Under the pieces are notes generated by a model. The model was not told the DNA's origin. It did no database searches and worked only from the letters and a program-made list of their open reading frames with translations. A stretch of 64,000 nt of DNA from the human T2T-CHM13v2.0 reference genome, Homo sapiens, in assembly GCF_009914755.1 (NCBI RefSeq), contig NC_060926.1. One strand, written 5' to 3'. Position numbers and translations under genes: made by a program. Every line of letters begins with the position of its first letter. Positions within the stretch are counted from its first letter, which is position 1. Of the stretch, positions 25,220-37,850 are shown piece after piece.

Positions 25220-26539
25220 TAAGGCATTTTATTCAAAAAAAAATGTACATACAAGTACACAGATACAGTACTTTTAAAAACAATTATATCATGAGTAATA
25301 ATTTCAAATAGAAAACACACACTCCAATTATCTATAATCTCTTTTTTAAAAAACGAGAGAAAATGACTCAGTGATTTCAATTTATCCTGTGAAACTGAGT
25401 AGACTAAATTACTACTTTATTACTTCCTTCAAGTAGTTAATTAAGGTAGGTTACACACTGACTCATTATTGCAAACTAATGTTTTATTTAAATATGATGA
25501 GCATGAATCTTAAAACTATAAAAGCTGAATTCAGCCTAAGAACTTCAGATGTGTTTTGTTTCCTTCTAAGAGACCATAAAAAAGTGGTCTCTTAGAAAAT
25601 TTAAATCTCAAAAGTTTCCATTAAACTAGAGATGACAAAAGAAAGTATGCCTTAAATGCTCTTGAAACTTCGTCTGTAGAAGACAAAGATTGGGTACTGG
25701 GGCTTCTTTAAGATTCAGCAGCCTTAATTTGTCATTGGTGGTGATTGTGCACAAAGGTGGGAAGATAGGGGACATGAAAATTTTGAACCTTAATGGTAAA
25801 CAAAACTATCATCATTCAGAGAAAAAGTGTATGTTTCACCAACCTCTGTCACTGACAACAGAAGCTGGAGCAGAGAAATATTACTTAAAGTAATTCCTTA
25901 ATCTCTAACAAAAAAAAATAGCAAGCTAGGATAGAGTTTTAACTCCTGGTCATCTAAAAAATGTATTATTTAGTTGTCTTTGTTCGTAGGTGGCTCTCCT
26001 GTTAGAATTTGTAATTCTGAGATAAAGGCCACCACCATCTGGTAGTCTCATCATCTTCAACATATGACTTCCAAAAATCTCATTTTATGGGTAATAAGCC
26101 AGTGGAAGGGGAAAGGGGATAAAGGATTGTAAGTGGGAGATAATTCAAGACCGAGGCTGGAAATAATGTGCTCCATTTTCATTCAAAATTTGTGGCTATG
26201 ACTCAGTTACCTATCTCCTGATAGTTACAAAGGAGCCTGAGAAATGTAGCTGTGTGCCAAGGATGAACAAGAACTGAAGAAATAGGTTTGGTGTATAGTT
26301 ACTCTACTATGGGAGCTTATATTGTATCGACCTAGAGCCTCATAAAATACAACAAAAAGAGTAAAAGTCTGATTACTAATTGTCCAATTAATTCTCTAGT
26401 TCTCTAAGTAAACAAATTTAATAAATCAATTTTTTTCAGTTTTATCATTACCTAGCTATACTTATGTTTAATATATTCTGAGTCAAATTATACTTAATTA
26501 ACTCTATGTCTCATTATGACCTTGGTTCTATTTTTATAA

Positions 26540-26790
26540 GGTAAGAAATACATGAAAAGCCAAATACTTCCACAGAGCTTACTACATGCTGGATGCTGTT
26601 CTAAGTGCTGTACAGAACTTAGTTTATTTAGCCTTCATAACAATCCTTTGATGTAGAGACTATGATCATCCCCAGAATATAGATGAGGCTATGGCCACAG
26701 AGAACTTAAATGGTATTTATTATATGGAAAATCTTGAATTTCAAACCAAAGATATTTTGTTCCAGGGTTTATACCTTTAACAACCTTACT
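26540..26790. mobile_element. MIR relic
   Basis: gagcttactacatgctggatgctgttctaagtgct...cataacaatcctttgatgtag...atagatgagg...cacagagaacttaa. Confidence 0.75.
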
Positions 26791-29700
26791 AGTTCAGCAA
26801 ACTAACAACTTTCTTTTTTCTTTCTTTCTTTTTTTTTTTCTTAGTTCCAAGGTAGTAATTACAAATAGAATGTTAGGCATGGCTCCTTCCAAATATCAGA
26901 ATTGTGAATTCTAAAATTAGACAGCCCATTAGTTTCAAAAACTCCTACTTGTTAAATATATATCAGGTTAAATACTTACAAGTAATTTTCTAGATTGTTT
27001 TTACATATTGTTTCCAAATATTCATGGAATTAATGCAAAGTTTACCTTAAGACTGCTATTTGACTTAATTACACGGTGGTATTTTGTTAAGTCTTAAAAG
27101 ATAATATATCACCCTCACAGCTCTGTGATCCCAAGAAGTATTAGGAATGTGAGCAGTTTGAAGAGAGATTGTAAGAGCTGGACAGCAAACCTGACAGAGA
27201 CCTGCAGCCTGAGGGCCTCACACTTAATCACAATCAGGGCCTTAGTCCTGTCTTCTGCCTTATTGTCAGGGAAAGGCAGCTTGGAAGAAATAAGAGATGA
27301 TTACAATCTTCTTTTCAGGTATCACAAAGGGACTTCTGTCAGACTTCTTGTTGCATTAGAAAGAAATACCCTTTTCAGCCTGTTTTGATTCAGTCCCTGG
27401 TAAGTTCTATGTGATTTATCTTGACACATGCATTCCCTTGCCAAGCTTTACATGGTATACATAAGTACATGATCTTTTCTTCTTTTTTCAATATGCCAGT
27501 TGCAAAGCTAATTATTTGTGAAGTTACACATTTGAGGACTGGTCATAGGCCTAAAGATGACTTACCTGAAGTTTCTATTGAAGGGATGGTTTAGTTTTAA
27601 TATAAGATTTCCAAGGCATTCTTTAGTAAGTTTCACTTTTTAGTTGAAAAGCAGTGTTCTGTATAAATCCAGAATATGGCTTACCCGTATCTCATTTTTG
27701 GCACTCCCCCATGACTTACCATTAATAATAACATAATTATTAAAATTTTAATAAAATTATTAAAATTATTATTAAAATCATGATAATAGCTGCACTTACT
27801 GAATTCTTAATATGTGTCATGTAGTGCACTCAGCAATGAAAAAATATAGAATTATAGTTTTATAATGGTAAGTTTAGTTTTGGTGGAAAGTAGACATTGT
27901 TCTGTTTGTTTTTACTATGGATATAGCTATAACACAAATGTTTCCACATAATAAAGCTAGATGAGATAAGTTATGGCAGAAAAAATGAAATAGACTAAAT
28001 ATTTAAACATAAGGAATATTTTTCTTTCAGCTTAGAAAAAATAAAATAGACTATTTCAACATAGAATATTTTGCTTTCAGCTGAGAAGTATGTAAAGCCT
28101 CATCTTTGAGGTCTTTAAAGTGAAAAATTACTCTTGTTATGCATAATAGCTGCTTGAAAATAAAACTAATTTTTACTTCAAAAAAGTTAAAATAGTTTCC
28201 TCCATCATAGTTTGTACTTTGATCCTTGTCATTCCTTTTTTGATAGCAACTCACCTGAACATTTTTTAATGAGGTTAATAAAAACTGCTTCTATGTATGC
28301 TGTACATATATTGACTTTTATATGCTGTCAGTAGCAGTTACAAACTGATCACTTGAGAATAAACAATGCCTTTATTGTCTTATTATTATTTCTAATTGGA
28401 CGTAAGCTAGAAAATCTGATGAACGTATTTGTTAGAATTATATGTGAAATAAAAGTAAAGAAGGATATCAATTCTAATCTGAGAAACTCTCTTATTACAA
28501 TTTTCTATGAGCTTTATCAGATAGACTTTTTCCTAATTTTATTGTCTAGAGAATTCAGTTTCTTACAGGTGCAGGCATTTAGCATAAAAGATTGAAACAA
28601 TATTCAGTGAGACAAAATGTTTATGCTATAATTGTATTCTAGAAAATGACAATACCCAATTATAGTGCCTTTTAAAACTCTTTTTTGTGGCATTAGAAAA
28701 CAAACATCTTACATTGGCAAGTCACATGTGGTCAATAATTTGCTATCTTAGAATATATGCTTTCTTTTCGTTATGATTTTTTATTTGTATTATAGTAAAT
28801 AAAGTTATTATAGACCACTCTCCAGTTGCAAAAACTAAACCCTGAAGCCAAGCCTACTGTTTTAAATTTGCTTGCTGTGGAACTTTGAGCAAGTTCATTG
28901 AGTACTCTCTTAGAATTTTATTCTGAGGATTGATTTCATACATATAAAGTATTAGTAAAATATATGGATATAGTAGGTCTCAAGCAAAGAAAATTACTGG
29001 ACAAAGACTTTGTCTATGTGCAGATATTCTTTATTTCCTACTTATGTATTAACAATGACTTTCCCAATATTTACATTTGACGTTGAGTGCGTTAGAGGTA
29101 ATAAGCACGTTCTGAAAGTAAAAAATTATCAGTTTTTTTAAATTGTAGGCATGATGAATTAATGATTGTTCTGTACCATTAAGCAAACTGAAAAATCATT
29201 TTTTTATAAAAACATGAAGCAGAGATAGCAAGAGATGTGAGTAGTAATTACTATGTAAGTTGATGTACAACTGCAGATACTCTTACATACTATGTGTATG
29301 TGTTTCTGTAATTGTGAGTGCTTGGGTTGACAGAAGTTACTAGGCTTAAGGAATTGGTCAAAGAATGGAGAAAAGAGTAGGTGCTTATTTTCATAACAAT
29401 CTATTTACGTAAAGCTCATCATCTTGCATTTTTATATGTTATTTCAAAAGAAGAAAGAAAAGGTAGACATTGCTTGCAACTTTGAAAAGAAGCGTATTTT
29501 GTATAAATATGCAAAAATATATATCTCATCTCAGTTTATTGTTATTATAGGCCTAAGTAAACTTACACAAATAATAGAACTAACAGTTAAGAGTGAAAAT
29601 CTGAGAATGTCTCCTCGTATGCATGATGAATTCAAATCATTTAATTTAAAACATAAAAGAAAATATTTATATGAGTTAGTAGAAAGGAAAGTGCTGCAAG

Positions 29701-30469
29701 ACTTATTCTAAACAATACTGTCCTCATACATTTTCAGTATTTAGTCATAATGAGGCCATTTCTATGGAAATGAGACTATCACTTAGTAGCTCTTCGCAAT
29801 TGATTCATTCACAATAGTTCTTTAATATCAATGATATATTCTAATGCAACTTCTCAGGAGCAGCCTTTGTTGAAAGAACCACAGAGAGTGAAGAAAATAG
29901 TTTACAGAGATATAGTTCATCATATTCACAAATCATTCATATTTGTAGGTCATATTAGTAAATTTAAGATGGCATTTTATATAAGTATACTAAGCATTAA
30001 TAATAGTGGATACATCTTGGGATCCAACATGTTTCTATTATAACCATATATATAGTGTATTCCATATAGTCAGAGTTTCAAAATCAGAGCAATAAAAGCA
30101 TACGGATGGCTATCATCAACCTCATACTATTGTTTTTAAAAACCTCAAAAGGAAATGGAGAAGCAAATTATTTTAAATTGATATTCTGTTTACTGATTTT
30201 CATCAGTGTTATTACAACAGGTGTTTAAGAAAATGGGTTTTAATAAGTGTGAATTGGGTTTTAATTTGGGGTTTTTAGTCTTTATTCAATTATTTTCAAA
30301 ATATTAAGAATGTTCACTAGCATTCTCCAAAAGTGACCAATGATGTTACTTTCTATTTTAAATTATCTATTTGACCTCAATGATTTAAACATATTTGTGT
30401 TTATTTTAGTCTATCACCATTATTATTATTATTGACATTTATGTTTTCTTATCTCTGGCCAGGAGAAGC

Positions 30470-33400
30470 TAATCCAAGTAGGGGTCTATTTCTATCTAAC
30501 ATGAGCACAGTAAAATTTTAACTTTCTTGCTTTCTACTATATGTAAAGTTGTACAGTATTATTTAGATAGACTTTGTTTAATAAAAGATGTATATATAAA
30601 CCCTGCTGCAACTACTAAAAATATTAAAAAACTCTAAATGTTAAATCAGCAGTGGATATTTAAAAAGGTATTATTGAAAACCACAATGAGATACCATTTC
30701 ACACCAGTTAGAATGGCAATCATTAAAAAGTCAGGAAGCAACAGGTGCTGGAGAGGATGTGGAGAAATAGGAACACTTTTACACTGTTGGTGGGACTGTA
30801 AACTAGTTCAACCATTGTGGAAGTCAGTGTGGTGATTCCTCAGGGATCTAGAACTAGAAATACCATTTGACCCAGCCATCCCATTACTGGGTATATAACC
30901 AAAGGACTATAAATCATGCTGCTATAAAGACACACGCACACGTATGTTTATTGCAGCACTATTCAAAATAGCAAAGACTTGGAAACAACCGAAATGTCCA
31001 ACAATGATAGACTGGATTAAGAAAATGTGGCACATATACACCATGGAATACTATGCAGCCATAAAAAAGGATGAGTTCATGTCCTTTGTAGGGACATGGA
31101 TGAAATTGGAAATCATCATTCTCAGTAAACTATCGCAAGAACAGAAAACCAAACACTGCATGTTCTCACTCATAGGTGGGAATTGAACAATGAGAACACA
31201 TGGACACAGGAAGGGGAACATCACACTCTGGGAACTGTTGTGGGGTAGGGGGAGGGATAGTATTAGGAGATATACCTAATGCTAAATGACGAGTTAATGG
31301 GTGCAGCACACCAGCATGGCACATGTATACATATGTAACTAACCTGCACATTGTGCACATATACCCTAAAACTTAAAGTATAATAATAATTAAAAAAAAT
31401 ATTCTAGAAAAGGGCAATAATGAGGAAATAAAGAACAGAGGTAACAAGTAGAAAACATTAGCAGTATGATAAATTGTATTCCATTTATATCAAAAGTTGC
31501 ATTGACTCTTAATGGTCTAACCATATTAACTAGATAAACATTTTAAACTGTGTAAAAAAGCAAAACCCAACTATAATAATTCACTTCAAATATAAAGAAT
31601 AAATACTTTAAATGCAAAAAGAATGAAAGGATGTGTCGTGCAAATGTGATTCAAAAGGAAGCTGGAGTACCTTTAATAACATCAAAGTGGACTTCAACAT
31701 GGATTATTATCAGAAATAATGAAGCAATTTACACATGAAAAATGGGCACATCTCCAAGAAGACATAACAATACAAAATAAATGTTCATCAAACAAGAGAG
31801 CTTCAAAGTACATGAAGCAAAAGCAAATAGAACTGGAAATCACCAAGATTATAGAAAATATGAGCAACACTATAGATTACAATCAACAGGCACAAAATAC
31901 AATTTTTTTCAAGTCCACATGAAATATTCACAAAGACAAATATTATTTAGGGTCGTACAAGAAATGTTAATAAATTTTTAAATATTAAAATTATATCTAA
32001 TCTTTCATGTGATGATAATATAATTATTCTAGACATTAATAACAGAATGATACATGGAGAATCTACAAATACTTATAAATTAAATAACATATCTCTAGAT
32101 AGCCCATGGGTCAAAAAGGACATCATAAGAATAATTGAAAATATTAACAATGAAATAAAAAATACAAGCTGGAACACTAATAATATAAAAATTTAGAATA
32201 TTAAATACTGATGCTAAAAATAAAGGTCCAAAATCAAATATCTAAATTTTCTTCTTAACCTGGTAAGATAAGAACAAATTAAACCTCAAAGGAGCAAAAG
32301 AAAGAGAATAATTTTAAAAGGTAAAGAATTAGTGAAGTTGAGAATGGAAAAATATGAGAAAGTTGATAAAATTTAAAAATTGGTTTTATGAAAAATGTAT
32401 TTAAGTAACTAAATTCATCATATCAAAAGCCTAAAAAATGAAACCATATGGTAGTATCCATTAATGCATTAGAAGACCTTGGTAAAATTCTACAACTATT
32501 CATGATAAAAATTCTTAGCACACTATGAAATAAAAAGCTTGATTTCTTTTAGCCTGATAAAGGGCATCTATAAAATCCTCAAGCTAAAATCACACTTAAT
32601 GATAGAAGATGAGATGATTTCCCTCTAAGATCTAGGAGGATAGGTTTGTCTGTTCTGACTACTCTTATTCAAAATAATAATGGTTCACAGATTTAGATGT
32701 AAAACCATAAAACTCCCAGAGGAAAACTTGGGAGAGCATCTCTGTCACTTCTTTATTCTACTTTTTTTCTACTGTTTGAATATGAAAATATGTGGATTAG
32801 TCACATCAACTTATCAAACTCTTTCTCTTGCTCTCTCCTTTTCCATTCAGACACATGGCAAATACAGCATAACTAGACACCTGTTAATCTTGGGAAAAGC
32901 TGAGGTCTTCTCAAAATTATGTCACAAAACATGACCTATAAAAGAAAGCAAATTATAATTTGGACTTCATCTAAATATAAAACTTTTATTTCACAGAGGA
33001 TATTAGTAGTAGAATAAAAAGACATACCATAATATTGAAGAAAAATGTATTTGCAGATCACGTATCTGCCAAATGACTCTCATCAATAATATATTAATAA
33101 TTCTCCTAACTCAAAGATAATTTCCAAAGACACTTTACCAAATAAATTGTACAGATAGCAAACAGGCAACTGAAAATATTTTCAAAATCATTAGACATTA
33201 GAAAAATGAAAAATGAAACCACAATGAATGCTATAAAAATTTATTATAATGGCAGAATTTTTTAATGGCACTATGAAGTGCTGATACAGAGCAGGTGGTT
33301 ATGTGTTTCATACAATGAGCTTCAATTCCATGATTCTACTTAATTTGGAAAAACTAAAACCTATTTTCACACAAAATTCTGCATGTGGATATTGATATTG

Positions 33401-33840
33401 ACTATGTTAATAACCTCAAAAACTGGAAATAACCCAAATATTATTTAAGTGGAGAATGAACCTACTATGTTATGCTGTAGAATGGAGTATTTATTGGCAA
33501 TTAAGAAAATCAACCTATTGATATATGTAATGATATATATAAGTTCAAAATAAGGTATGAAATAAGGTGAACTCAAATGGCAACATATTCTATTTCATTT
33601 ATATGACATTCATACAAAGGCAAAATTATAGGGTCAGGAAGCAAATCAATAGTTGCTAGGAGCTACAGGTGAGAGTGATTTGACTAGACAGAAGCAAAGG
33701 GGCATTGGGGAGGATTTGGCAATAGTTTTTTTATCTGCATTGCAGTGGTGTGTAGGATTACATGTTTCTTCAAAACTCACAGAACTCTATGTGTAAATGG
33801 GTAAATGCTACTTACAATTATTATACCTTAATTTTTATTT
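30470..33840 (+). mobile_element. Old L1M (L1MC/MD/ME-type) fragments, internally deleted
   Basis: A-rich ORF2-like text (aaaagcaaaacccaactata; gcccatgggtcaaaaagga; ttggacttcatctaaatataaaac) and an L1M 3' UTR ending near ttataccttaa. Confidence 0.75.
30675..31399 (+). mobile_element. 5'-truncated young L1PA (L1PA3-5-like) 3' end nested in L1M
   Basis: ORF2 C-terminus [46 protein letters not shown]; 3' UTR ending accctaaaacttaaagtataataataa plus A tail. Confidence 0.95.
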
Positions 33841-34775
33841 AAGGTAGAAGCAATTAGTTCTGATAATTCTCAAAGAGATAAACAAATGATCAAAGTAGAA
33901 AATATTTTATTGTTCAAGAACTTTTAGTGCAACAAGGAGTATCATTCATCTATGTGGTCCATTGTTAAAAATGACACATAGGAAAGGAGACTTGTGATAG
34001 CATTATTAGATTAGGACATGCAAAATTGCATGAATACTTATATTTTTCTTGTCTTCCTCTCCCTATAACCATACATTAAGACTAACATTGTTTTGCCTTT
34101 TCCTCATTTTCAATATTTAAACTCAAGCCTTGGAAATGTCTATATTAGTAGAAAGAAATGGACATTATTTCAAATAAAAAGAATTTTAAAGAGAAAGAAA
34201 ACAGGAGAAATGCATTTCCCCCTCCTCTATACCTAGATTAGAGTATAGCAAAAGGCCATTTATGTCATGCCTTCTCCAGATGAGATTTTTTTTTTCAAAC
34301 TCTGCTGTCATACAAAAGAGAAAAAGAGAAAGAAAGGAAATGCAAGGGAGAAGACCTCTGCTTTTCCCAAGATTAGCAAGCATCTAGGTTTGCTGTATTT
34401 GCCATGTGTTTGAATGGAAGAGGAGAGAGCAAGATAAAGAGTTTGGTAAGTTGCTGTGACTAATCCACATATTTTCATATTTAAACAGTAGGAAAAAAGT
34501 TGAATAAAAAGGTGATCACTTAATTGATAAGATGAAAGCCAGCATATCAGCCTTCATCTGGCAAATCATAATTGCTTTACTCTTTTTCTGGTGGTCTATT
34601 AAGATCGAAAATGAGTTAGGAGATAATTATCAGGATGAAGGAGAATACGGGAGAAACAAACCCTTAAGGCTCCTGAGAAAGAGAGATGTGTCCTGAGGAA
34701 TTTGTGATGTAATTTCAAAGCTGCAAAGATACCACTAACCTCATATATCCATCCTTTGTACTGTTATAAAGAGGA

Positions 34776-34882
34776 GACAGATAGGCAGGCAGTTAGGTAG
34801 GTAGGTAGGTAGGTAGATAAGTAGATAAGATAAATAGGTAGATAGAAACATGTGTGTATGAATGTGTGTGTGTGTGTGTGTG
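34776..34882. repeat. Compound (AGGT/AGAT)n and (GT)n microsatellite
   Basis: Direct reading. Confidence 0.85.
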
Positions 34883-34933
34883 TAAAATTTCACATTGTTG
34901 AAATAAAATAGAGAAAAGCATTTTCATAAAATA

Positions 34934-35300
34934 CTGTGCTGGATGAATCAACTTTACATCCTCTGCATCCTTCTTGCACCTGGTATTTGTTCTGTGTGTA
35001 CAACGTGTATAGATTCATATTCCCTCTGGTTTCCAGTTATTTTTGGCCAGTAGAAAGCCCTGGCAGAAGATCAGAGGGCAGTAAGAGAAGGAGGCTATAT
35101 TCTATATTCTCCTCATTCTCCGCTATGGGTGTCCAAAGGACTGTGTAGTCTATCTACTTAATCACATCGTTGCTATTAAGCAGCCTTTTTCCTGCAGTTA
35201 TCTTCTTTGATTCTAGTAGCAACTCCTTCTTTTTATTCCTTGCCCACATTTGAAAATAATTCTTTTGTTAAGTTCTTCTTATATTAACCATTTTGAATAT
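34934..35300. mobile_element. LTR33-like ERVL LTR relic
   Basis: ttccagttatttttggccagtagaaagccctggcagaagatcagagggc resembles the LTR33 core. Confidence 0.55.
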
Positions 35301-35839
35301 ATTATAATCAAGATGGCAAATAATTTAATAATTACGAGAATGTGTGTTATGGGAGAAGGGTGGGCAAATAAACTCAGAGATAGAGAAAACTAGGTAGAAA
35401 AATGGTAAGCCAGAGAGTTAAAACATAATTTTGAAAGAAACACAAAAGGTGTAACAGAGGAGAAAGGATTAATATTAACTATAAAAGAAAATGAATAATC
35501 TAAAATGAAAGAAAAATAGAAATGAAAGGGGAAATAAATATTAGCAAAGAACACTGTAAAGTAAGCAAGAAAAATTATGCAAATACTTTTTTAAACAACT
35601 AATGTATTCTCAATGTGAAATAAAGAACAAAACTGCCATTAGCTATGGAGTTAGATATTTTTCTATGCAATAAGGAGAAGAGGAGGGGGCTAAACAAATG
35701 ATTCAGGTTGGTGAGTTTCAAAGCAAAAAGTATATGCCCAAAATATAATTTAAAAAGGAAATCTAAAACAAAAGACGAAACTAAACAAAAATTTTTCATC
35801 AATCAGTACCAGGGCAAAGCTATAATGGTATAAATGAAG

Positions 35840-37692
35840 ATCACAAATTACTGAGTCAAATAAGCTAGTCTGAAAAGGCTATATATTGTAGTATTTTATC
35901 TATTTGACAATGTGGAAAATTAAAAATTATAGGGATGGTAAACAGATTAGTATTTGAAAAGGGTTTAGTAGTGTGGAGGGTTAAATAGGTGAAGAACAAA
36001 GGATTTTTAAAAGCAGTTAACTATTCTGTATGGTACTATAGTTGCTGATACATAACACTGCATTTGTCAGAACCCATATAACTTTATAGTGTAAAGATTG
36101 AACCTTAATGTATGCAAATTTTAAAAATCATTTCAGATGTCAAGGAATGCCAGAATGGAAAGTAAACTATGACATACGAATCTAATTGTATTTCAAATGT
36201 AATAATCTCACTGAATGTTGTTAAGGGAAAAACTGCTGACCTAAGTAACTGGAAATTAGTGAAGACTATAAGGCTAAAAGGCTAAAGGAACTGTACATAA
36301 GAACTATATTCTAGTTGGCAAAGTTCTCAACAGGAGGGATATGGTTGACAATGTGAACCAAATATTCCTGTATACTGGAATTAAACTATTAAGTAAATGG
36401 ATGGCAGACGCTGGGAGACTAGGTCTCACTGTCAGTGTGGGTGATTACAAAGAAGCAAAAGAGGAAATGTAAAATGATCTATGTAGTACGAAATTAAAGT
36501 CAGAGACACCAGCTTGAACTCATTGCTAGCTTAATATGAATACAGATGGATACATATGCAAGCATGTATATACGTGTATTTACACAGCTTAGTATGCACA
36601 TACATGTCTCATTGGTGTCCATTGCCTTATACTATACTCTGATAAAAGGAACCAAAACTCCTTGAATAAAATGGAAATTGCTGGTTCTAAGGCTGGGGCT
36701 GGGAATATGCAAGATGAGCCTGGAGCATCCTGAAGTGCCAGAAGGCAAGGACATGCTAAAAAGCAAAACGAAGTCTATGGAAGAATGTCAAAAGAACAAG
36801 TCATGTTCTTTTTCATGTCAACTGAAAGCACTCTCAATAGCCAAGTGGAAACAGTTTGAGCAAAAACACAAATAATGGAGTTTTGAATTAGAGCCAAAAC
36901 TATAACATAAATATTCCTAAGTCCATACTACTATAAGTATATGATCATACAAACAAATGAAGAAAATACTCAAAAATCTTCCTATACATGAATTCATATT
37001 TTCTCCAACTCTAATCCAGTACATACGGATCATTGCAGAAGAATTCCAAATAAAATTTAAATATGGTCCTCTCAAAAAGGTAGAATGTAACTCTACTTCT
37101 TAAATGTGGATTAGCAAGGTGACTGCCTTTGAATGAGCACAGTGTGGAGAGTGAAGGGAGAAAGTAAATTCATAGTGAAGACACTGTACAAATATTGCCT
37201 CAATCAGGTGATCAAGGTTAACATCAACAGTGATAAATCATACTGATAGCATATATGCCTTTGATATGACATGATGAGAATGACACCTCTGTGATCTTTC
37301 CCACAACACTTAACTCCAGTCTAATCATTAAGAAACCATGACCCAATCAGTTATTCTGCAAAATGCCCTAGCCGTATCCTTCCAAACTGTTGAGGTCATG
37401 ATAACCAAGGAAAATCTGAGAAACTGTCACAGTCTTGAGAAGACATGATGTCTGAATATAATGTGGAATCCCGGAAAGCATCCTGGAACAGAAAAGAGGT
37501 GAGGTAAAAAATAAAAAATTCTAAATAAAATATAGACTTTAATTAATATGTTAATAATGCTTCACTAATTTAAATTTAAATAAATGTACCATATTAATGT
37601 AGAATATTAATAATAGCAATACCCAGGGGCCCATATATGGAAACTTACTAGACAGCACATTGACAGCTATTCTAAAATACAAAGGTTATTAA
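35840..37692 (+). mobile_element. L1MC-type LINE 3' region with long 3' UTR
   Basis: gtctgaaaaggctatatattgta...; gctggttctaaggctggggctgggaatatgcaagatgagcctggagcatcc; tcaggtgatcaaggttaacatcaacagtgataa; terminal attctaaaatacaaaggttatt. Confidence 0.8.
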
Positions 37693-37699
37693 GAACACA

Positions 37700-37850
37700 C
37701 TCTAGGCTAAACATTAAATAAATTTTGCCTCCATTCTCGCTTGATTTTTTTTTTTTGCCAAATTTGTATATGATGGAACTGAGGTTCAGGTGAAAGTTTA
37801 GTGACCTCCTCAATGTCATGCAGTCAGTATATGAATCATCAGGATCCAAA
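37700..37850. mobile_element. MIR relic
   Basis: gatggaactgaggttcaggtgaaagtttagtgacctcctcaatgtcatgcagtcagta. Confidence 0.6.

Noticed and set aside
30638-31186. ORFs resembling a zinc-knuckle/RT C-terminus (also 54481-55357, 9000-9254)
   Set aside because: L1 ORF2 fragments of truncated or decayed elements; no intact ORF2
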